DNA from: Thermodesulfovibrionales bacterium
Lineage (GTDB): Bacteria > Nitrospirota > Thermodesulfovibrionia > Thermodesulfovibrionales > SM23-35
Reading direction: 5' to 3'
NCBI GenBank assembly: GCA_963715195.1
Contig: CAVQRT010000002.1
Span: 224,001-288,000 of the forward strand
DNA length: 64,000 nucleotides
Shown one piece after another: positions 28,542 to 39,160 of the stretch. Made by a program: the position numbers and the translations under genes. The notes under the pieces were generated by a model, which saw only the letters and a list, made by a program, of their open reading frames with translations, was not told the origin of the DNA and did no database searches. Each line of letters starts with the position of its first letter. Position 1 is the first letter of the stretch.

Positions 28542-31500
28542 CTATCTTTCCTTGATATGAAGAGTTCTCTTCACCGGCGGCGGTTGAGACAATATTGACA
28601 AGCCCTGTGCCGTTGGCGGCACACCCTCAAGTGCCGACGTCCTTCTTCCGCCCTCTTCGGTAAATGCCTTGCTCAGATCAAGCTGCTCAATGCTGCCCGT
28701 CGAAACCTGCAGCAATGCCACGCCCTTTAATAAGGCGCCGGCAGCCCCGCCGGTGTTGTACCGCACCGCCCAAATAAAACTTTTTCCCCCATACGCACAT
28801 ACATCGGTGTAAGGTTTATACGATACAAAAAACACCACACCTGAAGTTGTTGTCAGGGGATCTGTGATGACTCGTTCGGCCCTATAGAAGCGAGTGAAAC
28901 TCTGCGCACAGGTACCGTCCGGATTGCGGACTTCACAGTGGGTATAATTGCCGGAAGCATCAAGATCGATCTTCCATCCGTCAGCTATTGCCGAAGGGTC
29001 CGCATCAGGAGTGTTGGTTACATCGGTCAGGGTTCCGGAAAAAGCTGCTGTGCAGCTTGCATCGAGACCTGATGTGGAGTAGCAGGGCTCTTGCAGGCCG
29101 AAAAGGTTCCTCTGACCGTTTTCATCATCTACCGTTGCCTGCTGTTCAAAGTAATACCTCCCGGTACCGAAGTAGACCCAGAGCTGTCCCTTGCTTTTGT
29201 TCAAAAGGCGTGTTACCGAAGATGTAACCGGGCCGATATTATCAACTAATTGGCTCCATTCCCAGTTCGACGGATTTGTGTCCTGCTTTGTCTGCAGACG
29301 GCCGACTCCGCCCTGCGTCCAGGTGCTTGCAAGGGCTTCTTTCTTCACATAGCCTACATAGACGATATCATCCTGATAGTTTAAGTCCACATCCATCGTT
29401 GAATTGTACATTGAACCTGCAAACGCTTCCGCGATGCCGGTATCAATAGTTCTCGTCAAGTTCCCGGTTTTCGCATCAAGAATAAAGAGGCGCAGGTTCT
29501 GGTCGGAACGGCCAAGGAATTGTTGGTCTGAAGTGCTCACCGGTCCGGTAGGACCCGAACCAACCACAACGAACCATTTGCCATTCTGTGCCGGATCTCC
29601 AACTCTCACAACCACCGGCCCTGTTGTAGTAAGGCCAAGATTTTCATTGGAGAACTCCCAGAGAAGTGTCGGGTTGCCCTGATCGGTAACGTCGAGTGCA
29701 AAATATGTGGAGTAACCGAGATCATTCACCGGGTTTTGTATGCAATTTGTACTCGTGCATGAATTCTTGCACGCACCACCAAATCTCATGCCTCCCACAA
29801 CGACCGTTCTCCATGTTGAGCCGTCATCAGGTCTTGCATTTCCGGAAATATCGCCCGAACCAGGAGTACCTATGCTTGCGTCAAAAATATAAGGACTAAG
29901 ATCAACAGTAAAAATGTGGCAATAGTCCGGCTCTTTTTTGTACTTGAGATATGGCAAGACATTCTTCGGGATAAACGACCAGACTTCATGTCCGAGCGGT
30001 ACCCCGGCCCCTCCGAGATATCCGGCGGGGTTTGCGAGGCAGGCTACATCACTGCTGCTGAAAGAACAGGTAACAGGATTCCCTTTCAGTTCGAGCCTCC
30101 CGAGCTTGAACGCATGAACCATACCATCGTTTCCGCCCGCAAACACCATGCCCCTGTTCCTGTATTTATTGGGATCGTCAAGAAAAGCCTTGTATGATAC
30201 ATCCTTATAAAGCTGATCATAGGTATTGAGCGGTATCCATGAAGAAATCTTCGGCGTCGAATTGAGAATATCACCAAGCTTCCAGACGTTGGTTTCACCG
30301 GCATCGATCGCATCGTTATTGTTGACATCAATACTGACCGTTCTTGGACGCATCCAGGGGGATGCGGGGAAGTCTTCACCCCGGACATATCTGATGAGAA
30401 TTTCCGCGTCATCATCATCAGGGGCACCCCCGTCATGGTCAAGGTCACCATCCGCAAATCCGTCCCCATCGTTATCGGCAATCGGCAAATCAAACAGGGG
30501 TCTCAGTGCCCCTGAATTAGCTATCGAAAAATCCACGACTCCGCTGCCGGTAGATACTTTGATATCTCTCGTTGCAGGGTCCCTCTGCCATAATTGGATC
30601 CCGGATTCCCACAAGCTGTCCAGTTTTTCAAATTCGATATCCGGCAGGGAACCCGATGGCGGAAACCGGTGTGCCATGGTTCGCTCAAATGTAGTATCGA
30701 AAAAGAATGACACCTGGTTATCTTCTGTCCTGTTGAAATATTTTGGGCTCGAACTGTCCTCGTATATCGAGCTCTGGCTGAAAAATGGATCAACAAAATA
30801 CCAGAAGTTCGTCAATCTTCCGGTCCATGCTATTTCAGCATCGTATACCTTTCTTCGCGGATAGAAAACCGCTTGTATAAGGTTTGCACCACTTCCTTCA
30901 CCTGAAGCAAGGACCGATGCTGCTGTTCCCGCCGCAGCCCTCTTCAGGATATCCTGAAACGCCTGAATGAGAGCTTCCCGTAACGTAGCCGGATCAGTTA
31001 CCTCATAATAAACTCCTCCGCCCGCATTGGCAGCCTGATAGAGGATATCCCCTGCTGTATCGGTGCTGGGGTCGCTATCCCTCGGGACGCCCATCGTATT
31101 GACGATATAGGTGTTCACGACCTGCCTGCCGGGCTGGTTGTCACCGCCGAAGGTCGGACTGTTTCTCAGGTCGTTGATATACCCGAAGCAGGTGTTCTTT
31201 GCGAGGTTGTAACTCGCCGGAGGGTCATTCGCTGCCGTGCAATTTGCTGCATCAGAAAATACGTCAGGAACTCCTCCGCTCGGGAGTTGGCGGATTGTCA
31301 GCACCGACGCCCGAAGTGATCATGAGATTGAAGTTTCTCTGGCACGCCTGGGAGTTTCTGAAGGGATCGCAGTTAGCCGCAGTATTGTTGGCATAGTAAT
31401 CAATGGCAGTATAGGCGCCGTTCACCAGCGTTGTTATCGGGTCGATCGGTACGGCATTTTCGATGGCGGTCATAAAATTTGGATCAGGGTTCGCACCGGG

Positions 31501-33367
31501 ATCGTCCTCGATGCAATTCGATATGCCTGGGATGGCATTAGTGGCCACCTTGTTGAAATCCTCTATTCCAAACCTTGCCTGCGGCCAGAACTGATCGACG
31601 ATACCGCTTTTCAGCACGCATTTATCGATATAACTCTCGGAACACGGTGGATCGTACGGGAAAGTGGTATCATGATTGTCGCAATTCACCACGTAATTTC
31701 CGGCGCATACCTTTACATCTACGGTTCCCGGTCGTTCTTATCGGGAGCGGAGCATTACTGACTGTGAGAGAAAAAGCTTTCGTTGCAATAAATCCGTTGC
31801 AATCGGTGACCTGGACAGTTAAATTAAACGTACCTGTAACCGTAGGTGTACCTGTTATGTAAACGTGGTCGCCGTTGATACAGGGCCCGCCTGTATTGAA
31901 AGAAAGACCAGCGGGCAGGCTCCCTGCTGTGATGCTCCATGTGTAGGTTCCCAGACAGGAACAGCATGCACCACAGGTTGAGCCGGACGTTGAAATATCT
32001 GCAAGGTAAGGGACGCCCCGTGTTGCTTCTGTCAATGGACTGGCAGTTACAATCTGAAAGCTTCCTGCAGCCGGGTTGATTGTCAAAGCAAGTGACTTCG
32101 TTGCCGTGTTGCTTTTGGAATCAGTTACCTGAAGTGTAAAATTATACGTGCCACTCGATGAAGGGGTACCACAGATATCAGTGCAGTCTGACCCGCTTGT
32201 GCACGCACAGAGGGAAAGCCCCGGTGGCAGACTTCCTGAAGTCTGGGTCCATGAGGTAGTCCCGGTGCAGACCCCGCCTGCGCGAACGGGGCTTCGGTAC
32301 CAGCTTCCGACGGTTCCGTCCGGCAGAGGGCTGATTGTAGTAATCGATACTGCAGCATCATTAATTGTTATCGAATAATCCTTTGAGTCATTATGTTTGT
32401 TGATGCACCCTGCATTGTCACAAACCCGAACCGTAAAATAATACGTACCTGATGAAACGGTGGGAGTTCCCGAAATAGTGGTTGACGGGGTACCGGTAGC
32501 TGCCATGCTCAATCCACCCGGCAGGCTCCCTGCCGTAATGGTCCACGTATACCCTGACTCGGTGCCGCCGCTTGCCGTAATCGTAGCGGAATAGGGAGTG
32601 CACTCCGTTCCGGCAGAAGGGTTGCCCGACGGCAATCTGAGAGGAGGTGCCGCTTCGGCATCCGGTACGAGAAAGTTCACAAACGCTGACAGCAATCCTG
32701 AAGAAAAATTCATAACACGTGAAAAGATATCGCTTTCGGCATCCGCTTCTATCGTCGTATTGCAAGGTTTATTGACTGCATACCTCGTATCACTTTCGTT
32801 TAATGCAACGAGGGGATATGGAGGGGAATCGAGATATCCACAGGATCCGGGGGTATCATCCTTGATTTCCACATTAGCGTTATTCACGAGGAACTTGCAC
32901 ACCCGTGCTCTTCCAAGGCTGTCCCGGTAAGAAAGGGTCTTTTCCCAGGAATTGCTCATGCTGATGAGGGTATTCACATTCGTCTGCCTCGATACAGATT
33001 TCCCTCCCACAAGAATACTTTGAAGGAGGTCGTACTTGCTTGTTGTTGCCCAGTTGAGGAGGTTGCCGGAATAAGCACCTGCTGCGTCTGGTTCCCATCT
33101 GTTGCTGCCATATGTGTACATGATGTTAGGTTTATAGAGGCCCGAATAGGTCTTCGTGGGATCATAGCTGTCGGTATACGCAGCTTCGCCCATGATTGCG
33201 CCGTTATCCATAAGGATAAGGATATTCGGTTTTACATCCCGTTTCACATACGGCGGGATAATGCAGTAGTCCTTCATATCCGCAGCATGGAGAGGGAAAG
33301 GCACTACGCAAAACGAAAAGATTATGATTAACGATAAAAATTTGGCAGCAGTATTTTTCGGCTTCAT
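28542..33367 (-). CDS. pilY1: PilY1-like adhesin, copy 2 (~1600 aa reconstructed; apparent +1 frameshifts at ~31728 and ~31283) with three Ig-like repeats
   Basis: Three consecutive ORFs join on removal of one G and one C from short runs; signal peptide, PNILILMDN, He_PIG-like repeats, WKLGDILNSTP/GGNDGM.HAF propeller motifs; GAGG RBS before ATG 33367. Confidence 0.85.
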
Positions 33368-33431
33368 TATATTACCTCGCTTTTTCTGCATGAATTCTTT
33401 TTGAATGAATGTTTTGCACGTCAATATTGAA

Positions 33432-33447
33432 AGCAAGCATTATGCCA
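33432..33447 (-). promoter_or_regulatory. Sigma54 (-24/-12) promoter of pilin cluster 2
   Basis: Minus strand TGGCATAATGCTTGCT matches TGGCA-N6-TTGC with exact GG-N10-GC spacing, ~65 nt upstream of the ATG. Confidence 0.75.
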
Positions 33448-33509
33448 TTATAAAAGATATTGATTTTAATGCTTTTTTAAAAGCAGGTGGGTAACAGAGG
33501 TAAGAAAAG

Positions 33510-33527
33510 TATGTAACAGATTACATA
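33510..33527. promoter_or_regulatory. Candidate enhancer-binding-protein site (UAS)
   Basis: Palindrome TATGTAA-CAGA-TTACATA upstream of the sigma54 motif, with an AT-rich IHF-like AATCAATATCTT in between. Confidence 0.5.
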
Positions 33528-33571
33528 GTTTTAGAGAAATTGACGCTGAAAATATCTCGTTTTTGCTGAAC

Positions 33572-34405
33572 TCATGAACTCTTCCTGAAATACCAGATCA
33601 GCACCTTTTCGATATTTGCATCGATACTGTCTTTTGCATTGATTATGAAAACCCTATTCTGTACCTGAAAAAGCTCTTTCTCCATTCTCACAATCTCGGG
33701 AGGTGCAACGGCTCTTTTGAGGTATTCTTCATGAAACATCGGCACGATCTTGTCTTTCATCCTGAGCTCGGTATCTATGAAAAAAATGCTTATTTCCGGA
33801 GAAAGGTCGGATACCCTGTCAAAAAAAGCAGATATCTCATTCTGATATATCTGCTTTGGAGGGGATGACTTGATCTCCATATATAATATTGAACCATCCA
33901 CCTTCGCAATGAGATCATAATCTCCGCCAACCTTCGGCCGTTTGAACCGTATGCCCCATACTGCTTCTGTTGCAAATTCCTTTTTGAAAATTTCCGCAAC
34001 AAACCATTCGAGGGTTTCACCGAAACTTTTTATCGGACCGCGAATCAGCCTGAATCCATCCGATAGCGGTTCAATCAGGCCTACTTCCCTCAGATATTCG
34101 GTATATTCGGCTGTAACTGCAGATGTCGCATATCTCGTGACCTGCTGAACTCTGAAAAATGTTTGGTTCTTGATGACATCTCGGAGGAACAGACGGAAAG
34201 AATATTTCCTGAGCATCTCATAGAAGCTGACAAGAAATCTTTTTTCGGGAAGAAGCAGGTCATCGGCAGGCTCACGTTTGTAGATTCTGAAGCCCCTCAG
34301 TTTCAATAAAACATCCAGAGACGGGGTCAGTTCTGACAGTGATCTTCTGAGCCGCCTTATTTCATTATGGAGGGATTCGATTTCATCAGATGCATTGTCA
34401 GACAT
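33572..34405 (-). CDS. Hypothetical protein with PD-(D/E)XK nuclease-like motif
   Basis: FGETLEW, GDYDLIA...LYMEIKS. Confidence 0.6.
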   Translation of the reverse strand: MSDNASDEIESLHNEIRRLRRSLSELTPSLDVLLKLRGFRIYKREPADDLLLPEKRFLVSFYEMLRKYSFRLFLRDVIKNQTFFRVQQVTRYATSAVTAEYTEYLREVGLIEPLSDGFRLIRGPIKSFGETLEWFVAEIFKKEFATEAVWGIRFKRPKVGGDYDLIAKVDGSILYMEIKSSPPKQIYQNEISAFFDRVSDLSPEISIFFIDTELRMKDKIVPMFHEEYLKRAVAPPEIVRMEKELFQVQNRVFIINAKDSIDANIEKVLIWYFRKSS

Positions 34406-34407
34406 GA

Positions 34408-34800
34408 TCAGATGAATTTTAATGAAACTCGCCTGTGCCTCGGTCCGTCAAATTCACAGAAGAAAATCGATTGCCATGTGCCGAGGAGCAATTTCCCCTC
34501 TTCAATAATTACATGCACTGAAGTTCCCACAATCGTTGATTTTATATGTGCATCGGCATTGCCTTCCCTGTGGAAGTAATTCATCTCATGGGGTATCAGC
34601 CTGTTCAGTGAATTCAGGATATCCCGCTGCACGCTGGGATCAGCCCCCTCATTGATGGTTATTCCTGCGGTTGTATGCGGCACATAAAGGATACAGACAC
34701 CCTTAACAACACCGGCATCCTTGACAACGCCCTGGACCATGTCCGTGATGTCAATAAATTCAATCCTTGATTTGCTCCTGACATTTATGTATTTAAGCAT
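34408..34800 (-). CDS. yjbQ: YjbQ/UPF0047 family protein
   Basis: PHTTAGITINE.ADP, H.EGNADAHIK, LGTWQ.IFFCEFDGPR. Confidence 0.92.
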   Translation of the reverse strand: MLKYINVRSKSRIEFIDITDMVQGVVKDAGVVKGVCILYVPHTTAGITINEGADPSVQRDILNSLNRLIPHEMNYFHREGNADAHIKSTIVGTSVHVIIEEGKLLLGTWQSIFFCEFDGPRHRRVSLKFI

Positions 34801-34823
34801 GCTATTACCTCCGCGATTACGTT

Positions 34824-34911
34824 ACATACCTTCTAACCCCTCACCGACCCATCAGGGGAGAGGATTGCTTCAGAGCGCCTCCCTTGATGGAATGGGAGTA
34901 AGGGGAGGATG
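34824..34911. repeat. Imperfect palindromic REP-like element (CCCCTC...GGGGAG type)
   Basis: AACCCCTCACCGACCCATCAGGGGAGAGG...CCTCCCTTGATGGAATGGGAGTAAGGGGAGG. Confidence 0.55.
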
Positions 34912-34927
34912 TTTTATTCGCGCTATT

Positions 34928-35992
34928 TTACAATCGATGAAACACTTCCTCATAAAACCTGTCATCGACATCAAACTCAATCCGCAATACAAGAAGATTT
35001 TCCGGCAATGAGAACTGTTTGAGTCTCATTATATCCTTTTCAGTCGTTACAATCCAAGCTGCTCCGCTTTTCTCTGCATTGCCTGCAATCCTTCGAAAAT
35101 CCGCCTGGCTATACTGGTGATGGTCTCTGAAGACCGTAAATCCCTTTATCTCCCCGGCAAGGGAACGGAGCGTGTTCTGAAAAGAATGCGGGTTGCCGAT
35201 TCCGCAGAAGGCAAACACTCTTTTATCCTTCATGTCTGAGAGAGCGAAAACATCGCCTGATGCTGTTGCAAATGCAGTCGGAGTGTGCCGGGCAAAATAG
35301 AGCGGAGTTGACGCCGCGTATTGCCTTATTTTTTCAGTCAGGCTTTTTACACCTGCCCGTTGGTTGTCGACGCCTTCTCCCTTGCCCGCATCCCCTGAAC
35401 GGAGGCAAGAAGAGGAGATATTCGTTATCAAAATAATATCCGCCCTTTTTATTGCAGAAAAAGGTTCCCGTAATGGCCCGAAGGGGAAAAGTTTTCCGTT
35501 CCCAAAGGGGTTTGTTTCATCGATCAGAAGAATGTCCTTGTCGCGGTGAAGAGCCCAGTGCTGGAATCCGTCATCGAGGATAAAGAGATTCGGGGTTTTG
35601 GAATTTGAGTTTTGAAATGTGAGCTTTTCAAGTGCAAACATCCCTGCCTCGTATCTGTTCTTTCCTTTGATTATTGGAACCCCCTGCACTGTCTCTGCCA
35701 TGAGCATCGCTTCATCCCCTGACTGAGATACATCAATCAACGGGCCTTCACCCCTGCTCACAAAACACGGCCCCCCGGCTTTTCCCTTGTACCCTCGCGT
35801 GAGGATGCACGGATGAAAACCCAGTACCACAGCCTTTCTCGCCAGAGCCATTGCTGCAGGTGTTTTTCCGGTACCGCCAAGTGTTACGTTTCCGATGCTG
35901 ATAACCGGGCATGGAAGCCTTTTCTGGTTCTTCAATGCATGACGCCTTTTTACTGCATAGCCAAGAAAGTAGAGGTATTCAAAAGGCGTCAT
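34928..35992 (-). CDS. lpxK: Tetraacyldisaccharide 4'-kinase
   Basis: SIGNVTLGGTGKTP, LTRGYKG, GDEA, LDDGFQH, GPLREP, TTEKD. Confidence 0.95.
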   Translation of the reverse strand: MTPFEYLYFLGYAVKRRHALKNQKRLPCPVISIGNVTLGGTGKTPAAMALARKAVVLGFHPCILTRGYKGKAGGPCFVSRGEGPLIDVSQSGDEAMLMAETVQGVPIIKGKNRYEAGMFALEKLTFQNSNSKTPNLFILDDGFQHWALHRDKDILLIDETNPFGNGKLFPFGPLREPFSAIKRADIILITNISSSCLRSGDAGKGEGVDNQRAGVKSLTEKIRQYAASTPLYFARHTPTAFATASGDVFALSDMKDKRVFAFCGIGNPHSFQNTLRSLAGEIKGFTVFRDHHQYSQADFRRIAGNAEKSGAAWIVTTEKDIMRLKQFSLPENLLVLRIEFDVDDRFYEEVFHRL

Positions 35993-36001
35993 AGGATGGC
36001 T

Positions 36002-36436
36002 TTATGTATTCTTTTCTAACATTCTTTTATTCAGCAAACCTTTAACCAGAAAAAATGATAGGCCGGAGAAAAGGATACCGAGCACGAGACTTCCGAGGAG
36101 TATGGGCACTATATAATGACTCAGATAGCTGATCTCACCGGCAAATCTCATTTCGAGGAATCTCCCGTTCAGGAGCAGGCTTCCTACCTCGGCACTGATA
36201 AGAAGCTGCACCGGAAACGTTAAAGGGTTTGATATCTGTGTGCCGAGCAGCACGATCAGTGTATTAACCCTCAAGAGCGATGCAAGTGCGATTGCGGTTA
36301 GGGTATGAGTACCAAACAGCGGAATAAAAGCGACAAAAATACCCACTGCGACACCAAGGGATATCTCATGCGGTGTCAGCCCTTTTTTGCTGAATCTGAG
36401 TATGTACGCCTTTATCTTCGCAACATATTTCATCAT
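36002..36436 (-). CDS. DUF2062 family membrane protein
   Basis: TPHEISLGVAVGIF.AF.P..G.HT, SNPLT. Confidence 0.8.
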   Translation of the reverse strand: MMKYVAKIKAYILRFSKKGLTPHEISLGVAVGIFVAFIPLFGTHTLTAIALASLLRVNTLIVLLGTQISNPLTFPVQLLISAEVGSLLLNGRFLEMRFAGEISYLSHYIVPILLGSLVLGILFSGLSFFLVKGLLNKRMLEKNT

Positions 36437-36469
36437 GATATCTGAATTCGAAAATACACCTGGACTTTT

Positions 36470-37726
36470 TCAGTTAATGTACTGCCCAACAATCTTCACT
36501 GCCTTTTCGACAGCACCTGCATTCTTCTGATACATCTTCTGTGCGCTAAGACCGATTTTTCTCGTTCTGTCAGGAGAGAGAAGCAGCTCTCTCAAAGTGC
36601 GGAACAGTGCCTCCTCAGTCACTTGAATGGCTGCCCCTGCATGATAGAAATCCTGAATGACCGGGAAATTCTCCATGTGGGGTCCGCATACAACAGGTGT
36701 ACCCCAGTATGCCGGCTCAAGAGGATTCTGGCCACCATGTCCTCTGAAGCTTTTCCCGATGACTGCGATTGTGGAGATACCGTAAACTGAGGACAGTTCA
36801 CCAACACTATCAAGGAGAATAATTGTACCATGTATTGCGTCCGGGTTTTCTCTGTTATGAAGTTCTGAGCGTTTCAAACATTGTATGCCTCTCCCTCTGA
36901 GCATATCCTCCACACGTCCGAACCTCTCCGGATGCCTCGGTGCAACGATGAGATTGAGATCCGGGAAATCTTTCCTGAGATCGATATAGACTGATGTGAT
37001 CATTTCATCCTCTCCTTCATGAGTACTCCCTGCAACAATAACCGGCTTCCCTATCATAGAGGCCCATGGAGGAGTCTGCGCCGGGGGATCGGCGTCAAAT
37101 TTGAAACTTCCGGTAATCTGTATTTTACTGTTGTCTGCCCCGAGACTTCTCAGCCGTGCAGCATATTCCTCATCCTGCATTCCGAAAGAATCCACGGAGG
37201 AGAGAACGTTCCTCATGAAGAAAGAAAGCTTCCTGTAGCCGCGGAACGACTTTTCAGATATTCTTCCATTCAGGAGTATAACCGGAATACTGTTTTCCTT
37301 GAATACCCTGAGAAGATTCGGCCATAGCTCCGTCTCGATAACCATGAGAAGCTGGGGTTTCATCCTTTTTATCACTGATTTCAGGATAAAGGGTATGTCG
37401 AACGGGAGATAAATGATCTCTGTCCCGTCTGGCGATTTTTCCCGTGCAACCTTCTGACCGGTATCAGTCACGGTTGAGAGGATTATGCCATAAGCAGGAT
37501 ACGCTGTTCTCAATTCCCTGAGGAGCGGTAAGGCAGCCATCACCTCACCAACCGATACGGCATGAACCCAAAGAAAGGACGGGGGATGGGGGATGGGGGA
37601 TGCAGGATACAATCCAAATTTTTCCGTAAGCCACTTTCTCCTGATTTCCCGCGGCCGTTTAAAATACTCAAAAGGGAGGATGAAAATCAGGGAAACAAGA
37701 TACAGAAGGCTATAGAGAAAGTACAT
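36470..37726 (-). CDS. waaA: 3-deoxy-D-manno-octulosonic acid (Kdo) transferase
   Basis: WVHAVSVGE, YLPFD, ETELWPN, AGSTHEGE, APRHPER, GGQNPLEPA. Confidence 0.95.
   Translation of the reverse strand: MYFLYSLLYLVSLIFILPFEYFKRPREIRRKWLTEKFGLYPASPIPHPPSFLWVHAVSVGEVMAALPLLRELRTAYPAYGIILSTVTDTGQKVAREKSPDGTEIIYLPFDIPFILKSVIKRMKPQLLMVIETELWPNLLRVFKENSIPVILLNGRISEKSFRGYRKLSFFMRNVLSSVDSFGMQDEEYAARLRSLGADNSKIQITGSFKFDADPPAQTPPWASMIGKPVIVAGSTHEGEDEMITSVYIDLRKDFPDLNLIVAPRHPERFGRVEDMLRGRGIQCLKRSELHNRENPDAIHGTIILLDSVGELSSVYGISTIAVIGKSFRGHGGQNPLEPAYWGTPVVCGPHMENFPVIQDFYHAGAAIQVTEEALFRTLRELLLSPDRTRKIGLSAQKMYQKNAGAVEKAVKIVGQYIN
37577..37611. repeat. Heptamer tandem repeat inside waaA
   Basis: GGACGGG GGATGGG GGATGGG GGATGCA GGATACA (encodes YPASPIPHPPS). 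Confidence 0.75.
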
Positions 37727-37761
37727 GGCAAAAAAGAATCCGGTTATGAATAAATTCATTA

Positions 37762-37895
37762 TGGCAAGGCATAGTATTTGAACGGATTTTTTTGCCGATA
37801 GTCATGAAAACAAATCTGATAGTTAAGAGGCAAAAAACTCGGAAGTCCCGATTGATATCGGGACTGAGAATGAGTGAAAATAGTGTGCCTTGCCA
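37762..37895. repeat. Structured ~135-nt dispersed element, copy A
   Basis: Outer stem TGGCAAGGCATAGTATTT/AAATAGTGTGCCTTGCCA, inner TTTTTGCC/GGCAAAAA, hairpin AGTCCCGAT/ATCGGGACT; homologous to 44963-45098. Confidence 0.8.
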
Positions 37896-37923
37896 ATCTA
37901 TCATAATTATTGCTTTGTATTTA

Positions 37924-39123
37924 TTATTCCCTTTCTCCCGCCATTTCCATGATAATCTCCGCAACCCGTTCCGATGGGTTTTTATTGGCAAACTGCTCTT
38001 TGATCATCCGGAACTCAGTAATCATATTTTCCCTGTACTGTCTGTCAAACATGACCTTTTTTAATTCTTGTATGATCTCATGAGGATTGGCGCTTTTCTG
38101 CAGAAGTTCCCGGACAACCCCCCTGCCGGAAAGAATATTGACGAGTGATATGTGCTTTACCTGGACAATCCTTTTCCCGAGCTGATATGTCAGGGGCGAG
38201 AGTTTATACATCACGACCATTGGCACTTCGAGCAGCGCCGTCTGCAGAGTGGCTGTGCCTGAGGCAACGACAGCCAAGTCGGATGCAGCAAGCACTCTCA
38301 CCGATTCCCCCTTCCTGATAACCACGCCTTCTCTCTTGAGATCTTCAAGATATGATCTGTATGGTTCTTCATCGGTATTGGGTGCGAGGGGGATGCAAAA
38401 CTGATAGTGCATGGCCGCCGGTATGTCAGGATCACGCTTGAATTGTCGGACGGTTTCAAGAATCAGAGGAAAGTGTCTGTTCAGTTCACTCGGCCTGCTT
38501 CCGGGAAGAATGGAGAGGAGCGGCCGCTTTTCATCAAGGCCAAGGATATTTTTCATACAACCCTTCAGTTCCTGATTGATTCCGAGTGTTGACCGCTGGC
38601 CACAGCCTGTGTCCATGAATACCGCCTCTATTTCCTCCAGCACCGGGTGGCCTACAAACTCACATTCCACTCCGGCATCTCTGTAAATCTTCTCCTCGAA
38701 TGGCAGGATAACCATCATGCCATCCACCGTTTGTGCGATCTTTTTTATTCTGCCTTTGCGCCATGCCCACACCTGCGGACTCACATAGTAAAGGACTTTG
38801 ATGCCGAGGGGTTTTGCCATTTTGGCAACTTTCAGATTGAAATCAGGATAATCAATCGGTATAAGAACCTGGGGCCTGAATTTTCTCAATGCTTTTCTGG
38901 CGCTATTCAATGCAGTTTTTATTTTCCTCAGAGAGGAAACCGCCTCAATGATTCCAAAGGCATCGGATGTATGAGCGATGAGCTCCACTCCTGCATCCTG
39001 CATCCTGCTTCCTCCGATGCCGATAATATGAACATCCTGACATTTGCTCCTTAACGCCTTTGCGAGAAGGGAACCGTACAATTCACCGGAGCTCTCACCC
39101 GCGAGAATCATAACTGTGGTCAT
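37924..39123 (-). CDS. lpxB: Lipid-A-disaccharide synthase
   Basis: AGESSGE, IDYPDFN, YYVSPQVWAWR, FVGHP, LPGSR.SE, ASGTATL. Confidence 0.95.
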   Translation of the reverse strand: MTTVMILAGESSGELYGSLLAKALRSKCQDVHIIGIGGSRMQDAGVELIAHTSDAFGIIEAVSSLRKIKTALNSARKALRKFRPQVLIPIDYPDFNLKVAKMAKPLGIKVLYYVSPQVWAWRKGRIKKIAQTVDGMMVILPFEEKIYRDAGVECEFVGHPVLEEIEAVFMDTGCGQRSTLGINQELKGCMKNILGLDEKRPLLSILPGSRPSELNRHFPLILETVRQFKRDPDIPAAMHYQFCIPLAPNTDEEPYRSYLEDLKREGVVIRKGESVRVLAASDLAVVASGTATLQTALLEVPMVVMYKLSPLTYQLGKRIVQVKHISLVNILSGRGVVRELLQKSANPHEIIQELKKVMFDRQYRENMITEFRMIKEQFANKNPSERVAEIIMEMAGERE

Positions 39124-39160
39124 CGATTCGTGCCTTCGGTTGATTATGACAGAGCAACAA

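Noticed and set aside
37861..37881. Hammerhead-like CTGAGAATGAGTGAAA in structured element copy A
   Set aside because: Does not fit CUGANGA-stemII-GAAA, and copy B has CCGAG; not callable as a hammerhead.
38989..39009. TCCTGCA x3 heptamer in lpxB
   Set aside because: Encodes the native GG.RM..AG region without adding length; may be coincidental.
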